Source: Chiloscyllium plagiosum
Taxonomy: Eukaryota
NCBI RefSeq assembly: GCF_004010195.1
Contig: NC_057752.1
Span: 764,123 to 828,122 of the forward strand
Reading direction: 5' to 3'
DNA: 64,000 bases
The notes below the pieces were generated by a model. That model did no database searches and was not told where the DNA came from. It saw only the letters and a list, made by a program, of their open reading frames with translations. The translations under genes were made by a program, and so were the position numbers. Of this stretch, positions 37,401 through 49,316 are shown in pieces. How positions within the stretch are numbered: the stretch's first letter is position 1; each line of letters starts with the position of its first letter.

Positions 37401-38336
37401 AGCACTGAGACAAAAAAAGGCACTGCTTATCTGCTTAGCATCTACTGGGCACAAAGTAAAGACTAGTCATTCAGTGTGTGGAGGCAGTTCAGGGACCCAC
37501 ATTCCAAGATACCCTTTTCAAAGTCAAGTCTATTGTCCAAAGTCAGCTCTTAGTCATACCAAGCTGTGTTCGCTTGGCATTTTGACTAAGCCAACTTATG
37601 TTGTGTCTTTTAGCTCTGGGCAAATACACAATTAGCACCCTTGCTTCAGGCATGTAATTAAAATATCGCACAATTTCCAGCAAACCAAACAGCTGTTCTG
37701 TGCGATGTGTTCAACGGCTGAAACTAGACCTGTTTACTGTTTACCATTAAGCATTAATAATATCTTGTGGAAGTCTTTGCTATTGTGGATCGATGTGCTG
37801 TGTAGTATGTTCCTCAATTAATGACCAGTGCATGTCCTAATAGTTCAGTCTATTTCACTGCCTTGTGGTTAATTTGAATGAGAGCATACAACAAATGTTT
37901 TAGGTCAGCAGTATGTCTGACACATATGTAAATAAATTGTTGTGTTTAAGAGTGTCTAAAGCAAAATGAGAAGTCCACAAAGGTGGAGTTTCTCTTTGCC
38001 CAACATGGAATGCAGAATAAGGACATGTCTCACTTATCTAACTCCAGAAACGTTTACAGAATCCAGGCTAAGAACATCAGGTTTATATGGGATACTATTG
38101 GAGTTTAACCTGTTGAACCCTTGTCGTTTACCTATCCAACTAAAACCACCCTAAGTGTTGGGATATTGCCTTGCAGAGTTTACCACAACTATGTGGGAAG
38201 AGTCCCAAACCTTAATGATGTTACTGTCTTTCCAGATGTTATCAATGATGTAGGCTAGCTGGTCAATCATTAATTATTTCTAGTTTCAGGTAGTGTCACA
38301 GAAGATTGAATTGGTTCTAAATATCAATCATTGTTG

Positions 38337-39103
38337 CAAGGTTTGTGAAGGTTTGTAGCTCAGGTTGAGGTTTAGGGTGTAGGTTTGCTCGCTGAGCTGT
38401 AGGTTTGATATCCAGACATTTCATTACCTGGCTAGGTAACATCATCAGTGGCGACCTCCAAGTGAAGCGAAGCTGTTGTCTCCTGCTTTCTATTTATATC
38501 TTTCTCCTGGATGGGGTTCCTGGGGTTTGTGGTGATGTCATTTCCTTTTCGTTTTCTGAGGGGTTGATAGGTGGCATCTAGCTCTATGTGTTTGTTTATG
38601 GTGTTGTGGTTGGAGTGCCAGACCTCTAGGAATTCTCTGGCATGTCTTTGCTTAGCCTGTCCCAGGATAGATGTGTTGTCCCAGTCGAAATGGTGTTTTT
38701 TTTCATCCGTGTGTAGGGCTATGAGGGAGAGAGGGTCGTGTCTTTTTGTGGCTGGCTGGTGTTCGTGTATCCTGGTGGCTAACTTTCTTCCTGTTTGTCC
38801 TACGTAGTGTTTGTGGCAGTCCTTGCATGGAATTTTGTAGATGACGTTGGTTTTGTCCATGGGTTGTACTGGGTCTTTTAAGTTTGTTAGTTTTTGTTTG
38901 AGAGTGTTGGTGGGTTTGTGCGCTACCAGGATTCCGAGGGCTCTCAGTCGTCTGGCTGTCATTTCAGACAGGAGAAAGATATGAATAGAAAGCAGGAGAC
39001 AACAGCTTCGCTTCACTTGGAGGTCGCCACTGATGATGTTACCTAGCCAGGTAATGAAACGTCTGGATATCAAACCTACAGCTCAGCGAGCAAACCTACA
39101 TCC
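38337..39103 (-). mobile_element. Penelope-like element, 5'-truncated, with an inverted pseudo-LTR
   Basis: GIY-YIG NVIYKIPCKDCHKHYVGQTGRKLATRIHEH. ~38377-38505 is inverted at ~38970-39100. Flanked by ATCAATCATTGT duplication. Confidence 0.9.
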
Positions 39104-39849
39104 TAAATCAATCATTGTGATTCACCCAACAGCCTCCTAGATCACAGAGATCCATCTATCACCTCTCTCTGGGTGGCACTAACCACTTGATCATTAGACA
39201 ATTGATTAATGTTGTTTTAAGGCCTCAACATCTAAACAGTAGGTAATAAAAGATCCTCATAATAGGTATGAAGCAATAACATTTCTCCATAAGATGTGTG
39301 CATTGTTATTGCACTGCAGCGTAATTGTGTAACACTAACTGGAGGGACAGAGCTTCAGCGATGTATTTTTGCTTTCTGAAAAAGAATGGTGTCTACGCTG
39401 AACCCTGGATATGTGATGAAGGATTGTTTTAGTCAACCTCAAAGGAACACCTTGCAGGAGTAATCATCCAAAATCTGAGGCTTCTTTTTTGAGACAGCAG
39501 GCAAGGTGTACCCAGAACAGCTTACAATGTGTCAGTCGCCTTAATGTCCAGGTTCTGTGTCATGTTTCAGGCTTATTAGTCCTTAATAGCTTAACCCTTG
39601 TGGCACAGTCTGACCCAAATGAGTTCTTTTTGGGCATGAATGGGATGCCCCTTACCTCTTGCAATATATCAAGACGGACTGTGTTCTGTGTTCAAGTGTG
39701 TTCTTTCTACACCAATGATGATTATGAGCAAACTGCTGAAAAGGGGCAGCTCCCTTAGCACTATCTGCATTGACCAATAATACAGAATCACACTGAGTAG
39801 AATTTTGTAACAAAGGGATGTGCCTTCAAATCCAATGTGACTTACAAGA

Positions 39850-40135
39850 GTTATAGTCATAGAGCCATACAGCATGGAATAGACCCTTCGGTCTAACTCA
39901 TCCACACCGACCAGGCGTCCCAATCTGACCTTGTCCCATTTTCCAGCATTTGACCCATATTCTTTTAACCCTTTCCTATACATATATCCATCCAGGTGCC
40001 TTTTAAATGTTGTAATTGTACCAGCCTCCACCACTTCCTCTGGCAGCTCGTTCCATACACACACCACCCTCCGTGTGTAAAAGTTACCCCTCAGGTTGTT
40101 TTTTAAGTCTTTGCCCCCTCATCTTAACCTATGTC
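39850..40135 (-). mobile_element. CR1/HER1 LINE 3' end
   Basis: VWNELPEEVVEAGTITTFKRHLDGYM. Confidence 0.8.
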
Positions 40136-40226
40136 TATTAGTTTTGTTCTGGAAGAATCTTACTACTTGATCTTTAAATTGTTAATGTTAACTTCATTTA
40201 AATCATTTTTTCCTCACCTTTTGTAG

Positions 40227-40379
40227 GCAAGCAATGGTGGAAACATGAGTGATTATTCATCTTCTCTTCCCTCCACTCCGAACATCAGTCACCGGGATCT
40301 GCGGGCTGATGTTTGCCAAGCCTCTGGTACTCCGGGTTCTGTCCGCAAACATTCAAAAAGACGTTCAAGTCTTTTCGCT
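40227..40379 (+). CDS. AGAP2: AGAP2 exon ([51 protein letters not shown])
   Basis: ttgtag acceptor and gtaagt donor; 153 nt, phase 0-0; SDYSSSLPS and KRRxSLFA motifs. Confidence 0.93.
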
Positions 40380-42240
40380 GTAAGTATTTGTTGGATTCCA
40401 CGAGCTGTTTAGGAAATAGCTCAGAAGATTTTCAAGAGAAAATTGCAAATATTTTCTAGCACTAAGTATTTATCCTTGTTAGAGAGCATTCACTTGATAG
40501 TAAATTGGCTGACTAGTGGACATCCTGCCAGCTTAGAGGGTTCAGTGATTAATTGCACCATGTGATGTGATGCTGCACTATACATTTGGAAGGTCTGCAG
40601 GGCACTATCCCAGGATGAATTTGCTGGTCTAATCAGAGTGAGGTATGTTAGAATTGGCCTATTTGATTTGGAGAACTGGATTGCCAATGATGGGGTTTGT
40701 AATGATTAACAGCTCTGGATGTTCTGAGAAAGTGAACATAAGAAATAAAAGCCAGAGTAAGCAGTTTGGCCCCTCACACCCTCTTTTCCATTCAATAAGA
40801 TAGCGGCTAATCTTCAACTCAAATCCATGCAGGGATATTAACTTAGTGACCCTTTGCACCAACTGGAGACTGATAGCTATTGGGTTATCAGTGGAAAGCC
40901 ATATTCTGATATTAAAAAAAAGAACATGGTGCAGCCAACATGGTTAAGTTTTTGGATAATTACCAAGTTGGTGTCATTCTGTGATACTAAAGACTTAATT
41001 TGCTCCGCTGATTTGCTGGAAATTGGATGTCCCAAGGCTAAGGTGGGATGCCTCTGACTTACAGGTGGATTGTAAGGAATTCCCATCCCTTGCCATTCAG
41101 AGCCATTTACCTGGCCATCTCCTATCATTCAGAGATAATTTACATTTGCATTATCATCCCATTCAAAATCAGTAAGAACATTACAGTTGGAATTTTGACT
41201 ACTCCCTGTAGTTAAAAAAAACAATTTACAACAGATTTGACCATCAAGGAATGATTTACATTATATTTTTTCTGGAAATAGTGTGTTCACTGCATTGTGT
41301 CTTGAGGGACATGTGACTGTGGGGGAGTGACTGGAGGTTGTCTTGTGAGCATTACTGACTGTGATGTAAAGATTTTGTATAAAGGAAGAACTTTGTTCTT
41401 TCCTTTGTTCAGAGAGACCGCTCAACATGCTTTGCAAGCATGGCGAAGAGTGTTAAGAGTTTCTCCAAAGTTTGTATTGTATTTGCTTAATTTGGTTGTT
41501 GTTCACAGAAGTTGGCATATTGCAGTTGCATCAAGAATGTAAGAATCTCAGGAAAAAGAACTTAACAATTCAACTGTCCTGTCGTGCTCAGTGGCCCAAT
41601 TATACATCCCATTACCAGTAATTGTTTCTTGGACTTTTATACAGAACATTCTACTGCCAACAGGGATCAGTACACCTGGTTTGATATGCTTTAATTAATA
41701 TGCTGTCTTTGGAGGTGGCAGGTGGGTGTAAGAGAAGAATCTTTATGTTTAAAGCGTGATGCCAAAATATCAAAGTGCATTAACTAATCTGGTTGAATCC
41801 TGACAAGTACTTTAGACATGGAGCTATGAGATTTAAAGCTTCAGTTCAGGTGGAAGTGAATCAGAATTTCTGTAACCTGTGGATTAGTGGTCATTTCTAA
41901 GATCTTTGAGCAATTGCACTTCAGTAAATTCAGTTTATATTTAACTAAGAGGAATTTTAGATTATGCTGCTTTCATTTCTGTTCTTTCTGACTGTCCCTC
42001 TCCCTCATTGTCTTTCCTCCATTGCAATCTTTCACCATCCTGTTTATTCCTCTCTTACTTTTCAGACAAAACATCATCATTGGTTCAAGTACAACATTTA
42101 AAATTAATTATAACAATTTCAGACTCTTTAATCATCAACAATCACAGAACAAAACTACTTTGATTTCCTGTAACTGTTTTCCAGATATCAGTATCAACCA
42201 GCAGAAAAGTAACCAATAAAATGGGCAGCACAGTGGTAGT

Positions 42241-42648
42241 GGGCGGCACCGTGGCACAGTGGTTAGCACTGCTGCCTCACAGCGCCAGAGACCCGGGTTC
42301 AATTCCCGCCTCAGGCGACTGACTGTGTGGAATTTGCACGTTCTCCCCGTGTCTGCGTGGGTTTCCTCCGGGTGCTCCGGTTTCCTCCCACCATCCAAAG
42401 ATGTGCAGGGTCAGGTGAATTGGCCATACTAAATTGCCCGTAGTGTTAGGTAAGGGGTAAATGTAGGGGTATGGGCGGGTCGGTGTGGACTTGTTGGGCC
42501 GAAGGGCCTGTTTACACACTGTAATCTAATCTAAATTGCCCATAGTGTTAGGTGAAGGGATAAATGTAGTGGAATGGGTCGTGGGTTGTGCTTCAGCAGG
42601 TCGGTGTGGACTTGTTGGGCCGAAGGGCCTGTTTCCACACTGTAAGTA
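42241..42648 (+). mobile_element. Young HE1-type SINE with a duplicated 3' tail
   Basis: CpG-rich head; tail AAATTGCCC...GGCCGAAGGGCCTGTTT...CACTGTAA present twice. Confidence 0.85.
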
Positions 42649-42679
42649 AATTACTCTTTTTTTTTTAAACAAACTGTTT

Positions 42680-43285
42680 AAAACATAGAAACTAGGAGAA
42701 GACCATTCAGCTCTTTGAGCCTACTCCCCCATTCAATCTGATCATGGCTGATTATCAAACTTAGTTCCCTGTTCCTACTTTCTCCCCATACCCTTTTGAT
42801 GCTTTTAGCCCTAAGAACTATACCTAACACCTTCTTGAAAACATGCAATGTTTTGACCTCAGTCGCCTTCTGTGGCGGAGAATTCCACAGGCTTCCCACT
42901 CTGGGTGAAGACATTTCTCCTCATCTCAGTCCAAAATGGCCTGCTCTGTTTCCTTAGACTGTGACCCCTTGGTTCTGGATTCATTGGTCTTCAGGACTAT
43001 CCTTCCTGTATTTACCCTGACTGACCCTGTTAGAATTCTATAGGTTTCTATGAGATCTCCCTCCCCTCATTCTTTTAAACTCTAATGAATACAATCCTAA
43101 CTGATCCAGTCTCTCTTCATACGTTAGTCCTGCCATCCTAGGAATCAGTCTGGTAAACCTTCGCTGCATTCCCTCCATTGCCAGCACAGATACAGAGATC
43201 AAAGCTATGCAAACTATACGCCAGGTGAGGTCTCGCCAAGGCCCTGTACAATTACAGCAAGACATCCCTGCTCCCTGTTTGAGCA
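42680..43285 (-). mobile_element. CR1 LINE 3' fragment
   Basis: QRRFTRLIPRMAGLTYEERLDQLGLYSLE. Confidence 0.8.
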
Positions 43286-43559
43286 ATCATTCAAACAGAA
43301 TAAAGTGAAAAGAATTCCAATCAAAATTATGAAATCTGTCCATTAAATTGTCTGTGCAACATTTTAATACTATGCAATAATGTTTCCTTCTAGAGAGAAC
43401 TGTCCATCAGAGCTTTTGAATTTTAATAATTCTGTGATCTTTAGTTGCTGACCTGGATTTTGCTGGCCATTTTGCAGTCTCTCCTGTAGAGTGTCAGGGT
43501 TAGGGTTAGGATTATTGATCGTTGTGCCCTGTATTCACTCTGAGCAATTGAAGACAACC

Positions 43560-45170
43560 TGGCTTCTTTAAATTTCTTTGTGAAATGTGGGCTATTGCCT
43601 GTCTGTAGTTGCCTGTGAGAAGGTGGTGGTGAACTGACTTCTTGAACCTCTGCAGTGCACCTGCTGGGGGTTGATCCACAATACCATTAAGGATTTTGAC
43701 CCAGTGACATTGAAGGACCGGTGATATATTTCCAAGCCAGGATGGGGAGTGGCTTGGAGGGGAGCTTGAGGGTGGTGGTGTTCCCATGTATCTGCTGCCC
43801 TTACCCTTCTAGATGGAAATGGTTGTGGGTTTGGAAGGTGCTGTCTGATGATCTTTGGTGAATTTCTGCAGTTCCTCTTGTAGATAATACATACTGTTGT
43901 TACTGAGCGTCAGCGGTGGAGGGAGTGGGTGTTTGTGGATATTGTGCCAGTCAAATGGGTTGCTTTGTCCTGGATGATGTCAAGCTTCTTGAGTGTTGTT
44001 GGAGCTGTACTCATCCAGGCAAGTGGGGCATATTCCATCACACTCCTGACTTGTATCTTGTAAATGATGGACAGGCATTGGAGAGTCAGGAGGTGAGTTA
44101 CTCCCCACAGTATTCCTAGCTTCTGACCTGCTCTTGTAGCTACTGTGTTTATGTGGTGAGTCAAATTGGGTTTCTGGTCAATGATAACCCCAGGATGTTG
44201 ATAGTGGGGAATTCAGTGATGGTAATACCTTTAAATGTCAAGGGGCAGTGGTTAGATTGTCTCTTATTGGAGATGGTCAGAGCCTGGTATTTGTGTGGTG
44301 TGAGTGTTAATTGCCAAGCCTGGATATTGTGCAGATCTTGCTGCATTTGAACATGGACTGCTTCAGTCTCTGAGGAGTCGCAAATGGTGCTAAATATTGT
44401 GCAATTATTAGCGAACATTCCCAACTCTGACCTTACGATGGAGGGAAGATCATTGATGAAGCAGCTGAAGATGGTTGGACCTAGGACACTACCCTGAGGG
44501 AGTCCTGCAGAAATGCCCTGGAGCTGAGATGACTGACCTCCAACAATCACGACCATCTTTCAATGTACCAGGTATGACTAACCACCAGAGAGTTTGCCCC
44601 CTGATACCCATTTACTCATATTTGCTAGGCCTCCTTGATGCCACACTCTACCGAATGCAGCGCAGATATCAAGGGCTGTAACTCTAACCTCACCTCTGGA
44701 ATTCAGCTCTTTTGTCCATGTGTGAAACAAGGCTATAATGAGGTCAGGAGCTGAGTGGCTCTGGCAGAACCCAAACTGGGTGTCACTGAGCAGGTCCTTG
44801 CTGAGCAGGGGCTGCTTGATATCACTGTTCATGACACCTTTGATCACTTTACTGATGATCAAGAATAGACTGATGGGGCAGTAATTGGCCAGGTTGGATT
44901 TGTCCTGCTTTTTGTGTACGGACATAACTGGGCAATTTTCCCCATTGCCTGGTAGATGCCACTGTTGTAATTATATTGAAACACCTTGGCTAGAGGAGCA
45001 GCAAGTTCTGGAGCACAAATCTTCAGTATTATTGCCCAAATGTTGTCAGGACTTGCAGCCTTTAGAGTATCCAGTGTCTCCAGCTGTTTCTTGCTATCAT
45101 GTGGAATGAATCGAATTGGCTGAAGACTGTTATCTGTAATGCTGGGGACCACTGTAGGAGGCTGAGATGG
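43560..45170 (-). mobile_element. CR1-clade LINE, same family as 7320-10010
   Basis: GLPQGSVLGPTIFSCFINDLPS, MEYAPLAWM, QFGFCQSHS. Confidence 0.85.
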
Positions 45171-47069
45171 CCTGTACAGGAGATGCCTAACTAGTCTCTG
45201 AGTTGGAAGAATGGAGAAGGGATGAATAATGTACATGGTCAGGGGCTGCAATGCTTGAAGCCTCATATCCCAGAATGTAACCCAAGTTTTTATATGCTAT
45301 GTATCATTACTAATGAGAGTGAATTCTAAGGGGGAAGCACTCTGCTCATAAACACATGGAGCTGGTGAGTAACAATAACTTTCAGTAATCTAGCACCTTT
45401 TAATGTCATGTAACACCTCTAAATCATAACATTCCAAACATTGCACAAAGACGCTGTCTTTTGGATGAGATGTTAAAACAAGGTTCCATCTACCTCTTCA
45501 GGTGGATGTAAAAATCATGAGACATGGGAGCAAAAATTAGGCCATTCAGCCCATCAAGTCTGCCCCGCCATTCAATCAAACCTGATAAGTTTCTCAACCC
45601 TATTCTCCCATTTTCTCCCCATAACCCTTGATCCCCTTGATACTCAAGAACCTATCTATCTCAGTCTTAAATACACTCACTGACCTGGCCTCCACAGCCT
45701 TCTGTGGCAGTGAATTCCATCGATTCCCCACTCTCTGGCTGAAGAGGTTTCTCCTTATCTCCATTCTAAAAGGTCTCCCCTTTACTCTAAGACTATGCCC
45801 TCAGGTCCTAGTCTCTCCTACCATTGGAAACATATTCCCAACATCCACTCTGTCCAGGCCATTCAGTTTTCTGTATGTTTCAATTAGATCCCCCCTCCAT
45901 TGAGTACAAACCCAGAGTCCTCAAACATTCCTCGTATGTTACACTTTTCATTCCTGGGACCATTCTTGTGAACCTCCTCTGGCTCCAGGGCCAGTACATC
46001 CTTCCTGAGATTATGGGGCCCAAAACTGCACACAACACTCCAAATGTGATCTGACCAGGGCATTAAAGAGCCTCAGAAGTATATCCCTGCTTTTATATTC
46101 AAGCCCTCTCAAAATAAATGCCATCATTGCATTTGCCTTCCTAACTACTGACTCAACTTGCATGTTTACCTTGCGAGAATCCTGGACTAGAACTCCCAAG
46201 TCTCTTTGCACTTCAGATTTCTGAATTTTCTCTCCATTTAGAAAGTAGTCCATGCCTCTATTCTTCCTACCAAAGTACATGACCTCACTTTCCCATGTTC
46301 TACTCCATCTGCCACTTCTTTACCCATTCTCCCAACCTGTACAAATCCTTCTGCAGCCTCCCCGCCACCTCAATGCTACCTGTCCCTCTACCTGTCTTTG
46401 TATTATCTGCAAACTTAGCCAGATGCCCTCAGTTCCTTCATCTAGATTGTTAATGTATAAAGTGAAAAGTTGTGGTCCCAACACTCAGCCTTGTGGAACA
46501 CCATTTATCACCAGCTGCCATCCTGCGAAGGACCCTTTTATCTCCACTCTCTGCTTTCTGCCAGACAGCCAAGCTTCTATCCATGCTAGCACCTTGCCTC
46601 TGACACCAAGGGCCCTTATCTTACTCAGTAGCCTCCTGTGCGGCACGTGGTCAAAGACCTTCTTGAAGTCCAGGTAGATAGCATTCATTAGTTCTCCTTG
46701 GACTAACCTGCTTGTCACTTCATCAAAGAATTGTAGCAGATTTGTCAGGTATGACCTCTCCTTGATGAAACCATGCTGACTTTGCCCTATTTAATTTAAC
46801 ACTTCCAAGCATTCAGAAATCTCATCCTTCACAATGGATGCCAGGATCTTACCTGTGACTGAGGTTAGGCTAATCAGTCTGTAATTTTCCATCTTTTGCC
46901 TTATTCCCTTTAAAACAGGGATGTTACATTTGCGATTTTCCAGTCCTCTGGGACCCTCCCTGATTCTAGTGATTCCTGAAAGATCACCACTAGCACCTCC
47001 ACTATCTCTTCAGCTATATCCCTTAGAACTCTGGGATGTAGTCCATCTGGTTCAGGAGATTTATCCACC

Positions 47070-47202
47070 AGGCAAAAATGAGGACTGCAGATGCTGGAAA
47101 TCAAAGTCTAGATTAGAGTGGTGCTGGAAAAGCACAGCGGGTCAGGCAACATCAGAGGAGCAGGAAAATCGATGTTTCGGGCAAAAGCCCTTCATCAGGA
47201 AT
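47070..47202 (-). mobile_element. Short Penelope-like fragment nested in CR1
   Basis: Flanked by GATTTATCCACC duplication; hammerhead-like core on the minus strand. Confidence 0.75.
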
Positions 47203-47338
47203 GATTTATCCACCTTCAGGCCATTCAGTTTTTCTAGCACTTTCTCCTTGGTGATGGCCACCATACTCAGCTCTGTCCCCAACTCTTGAATTTTTTGGGA
47301 TATTACTCGTGTCTTCCACCATGAAGACTGACTTTTTT

Positions 47339-47672
47339 TAGATTAGATTAGATTAGATTAGATTACTTACAGTGTGGAAACAGGCCCTTCGGCCCAACAA
47401 GCCCACATCGACCCCGCCGAAGCGCAACTCACCCAGACCCATTCCCCTACATTTCACCCCTTCACCTACCGCTACGGGCAATTTAGCATGGCCAATTCAC
47501 CTAACCTGCACATTTTTGGACTGTGGGAGGAAAACGGAGCACCCGGAGGAAACCCACGCAGACACAGGGAGAATGTGCAAACTCCACACAGTCAGTCACC
47601 TGAGGGGGGAATTGAACCCGGGTCTCTGGTGCTGTGAGGCAACAGTGCTAACCACTGTGCCACCATGCCGCC
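47339..47672 (-). mobile_element. HE1-type SINE nested in CR1
   Basis: (GATTA)n tail on + strand; tRNA-like head on the minus strand. Confidence 0.85.
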
Positions 47673-47967
47673 CACCGTGACGCAAAGTAATTATTCAGTT
47701 CCTCAGCCATTTCCTTGTTCCCCACTACTATCTCTCCAGTGTCATTTTCCAGTGGCCCAGTGTCCACTTTTGCCACTCTTTTGCCCTTTATATATCAAAA
47801 TAAACTGTTATAGTCTTCCTTTATATTACTGTCTCGCTTACCCTCATATTTAATCTTCTCCCTCCTTATTTCTTTTATCGTTGCACTCTGTTGGTCTTTG
47901 TAAGCTTCCCAATCCTTTGGTTTCCCACTGTTCTTCGCCACGTTATATGCTTTCTCTTTTGCTTTTA

Positions 47968-49316
47968 TAGAACATAGAACATAGAACATTATAGCGCAGT
48001 ACGGGCCCTTCGGCCCTCGATGTTGCGCTGACCTATCATACCAATCTGAAGCCCATCTAACCTACATGTACGTCCATATGCTTGTCCAATGACGACTTAA
48101 ATATACTTAAACTTGGCGAATCTACTACCGTTGCAGGCAAAGCATTCCATACCCTTACCACTCTCTGAGTAAAGAAACTACCTCTGACATCTGTCCTATA
48201 TCTATCACTTCTCAATTTAAAGCAATGCTTCCTTGTGCTCGCCGTCACCATTCTTGGAAAAAGGCTCTCCCTGTCCACCCTATCTAACCCTCTGATTATC
48301 TTATATGTCTCTATTAAGTCACCTCTCAACCTTCTTCTCTCGAACGAAAACAGCCCCAAGTCCCTCAGCCTTTCCTCATAAGACCTTCCCTCCATACCAG
48401 GCAACATCCTAGTAAATCTCCTCTGCACCCTTTCCAAAGCTTCCACATCCTTCTTATAATGCAGTGACCAGAACTGTACACAATACTCCAAGTGTGGCCG
48501 CATCAGAGTTTTGTACAGCTGCAGCATAACCTCATGGTTTCGGAACCCGATCCCTCTATTAATAAAGGCCAAAACTTTGTATGCCTTCTTAACAACCCTG
48601 TCAACCTGGGTGGCAACTTTCAAGGATCTATCTACCTGGACACCGAGATCTCTCTGCTCATCTACACTACCAAGAATCTTACCATTAGCCCAGTAATTTG
48701 TATTCCGGTTACTCTGACCAAAGTGAATCACCTCAGACTTGTCCGCATTAAACTCCATTTGCCACCTCTCAGCCCAGCTCTGCAGCTTACCTACGTCTCT
48801 CTGTAGCCTACAACATCCTTCGTCACTATCCACAACTCCACCGACCTTAATGTCGTCTGCAAATTTACTAACCCACCCTTCTATGCCCTCATCCAGGTCG
48901 TTTATAAAAATGACGAACAGCAGTAGACCCAACACCGACCCTTGCGGCATACCACTGGTAACTGGACTCCAGGATGAACATTTCCCATCAACCACCACCC
49001 TCTATCTTCTTTCTGCAAGCCAATTACTGATCCAAACTGCTATATCTCCCACAATCCCATTCCTCCGCATTTTGTACAATAGCCTACTGTGGGGAACCTT
49101 ATCGAACGCCTTTCTGAAATCCATATACACCACATCAACAGTTTACTCTCATCTACCTGTTTGGTCACCTTCTCAAAAAAACTCAATAAGGTTTGTGAGG
49201 CACGACCTACCCTTCACAAAACAGTGCTGATTATCCCTGATCAGATTATTCTTTTCTAGATGATTATAAATCCTATCTCTTATAACCTTCTCCAACATTT
49301 TACCAACAACTGAAGT
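47968..49316 (-). mobile_element. Younger CR1 LINE 3' portion nested in the older CR1
   Basis: 313-aa open RT C-terminal ORF 48057-48998 (GMPQGSVLG, FADD, RPHLEYCVQFWS, FFTQRVVRVWNALP); (ATAGAAC)n tail. Confidence 0.9.
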
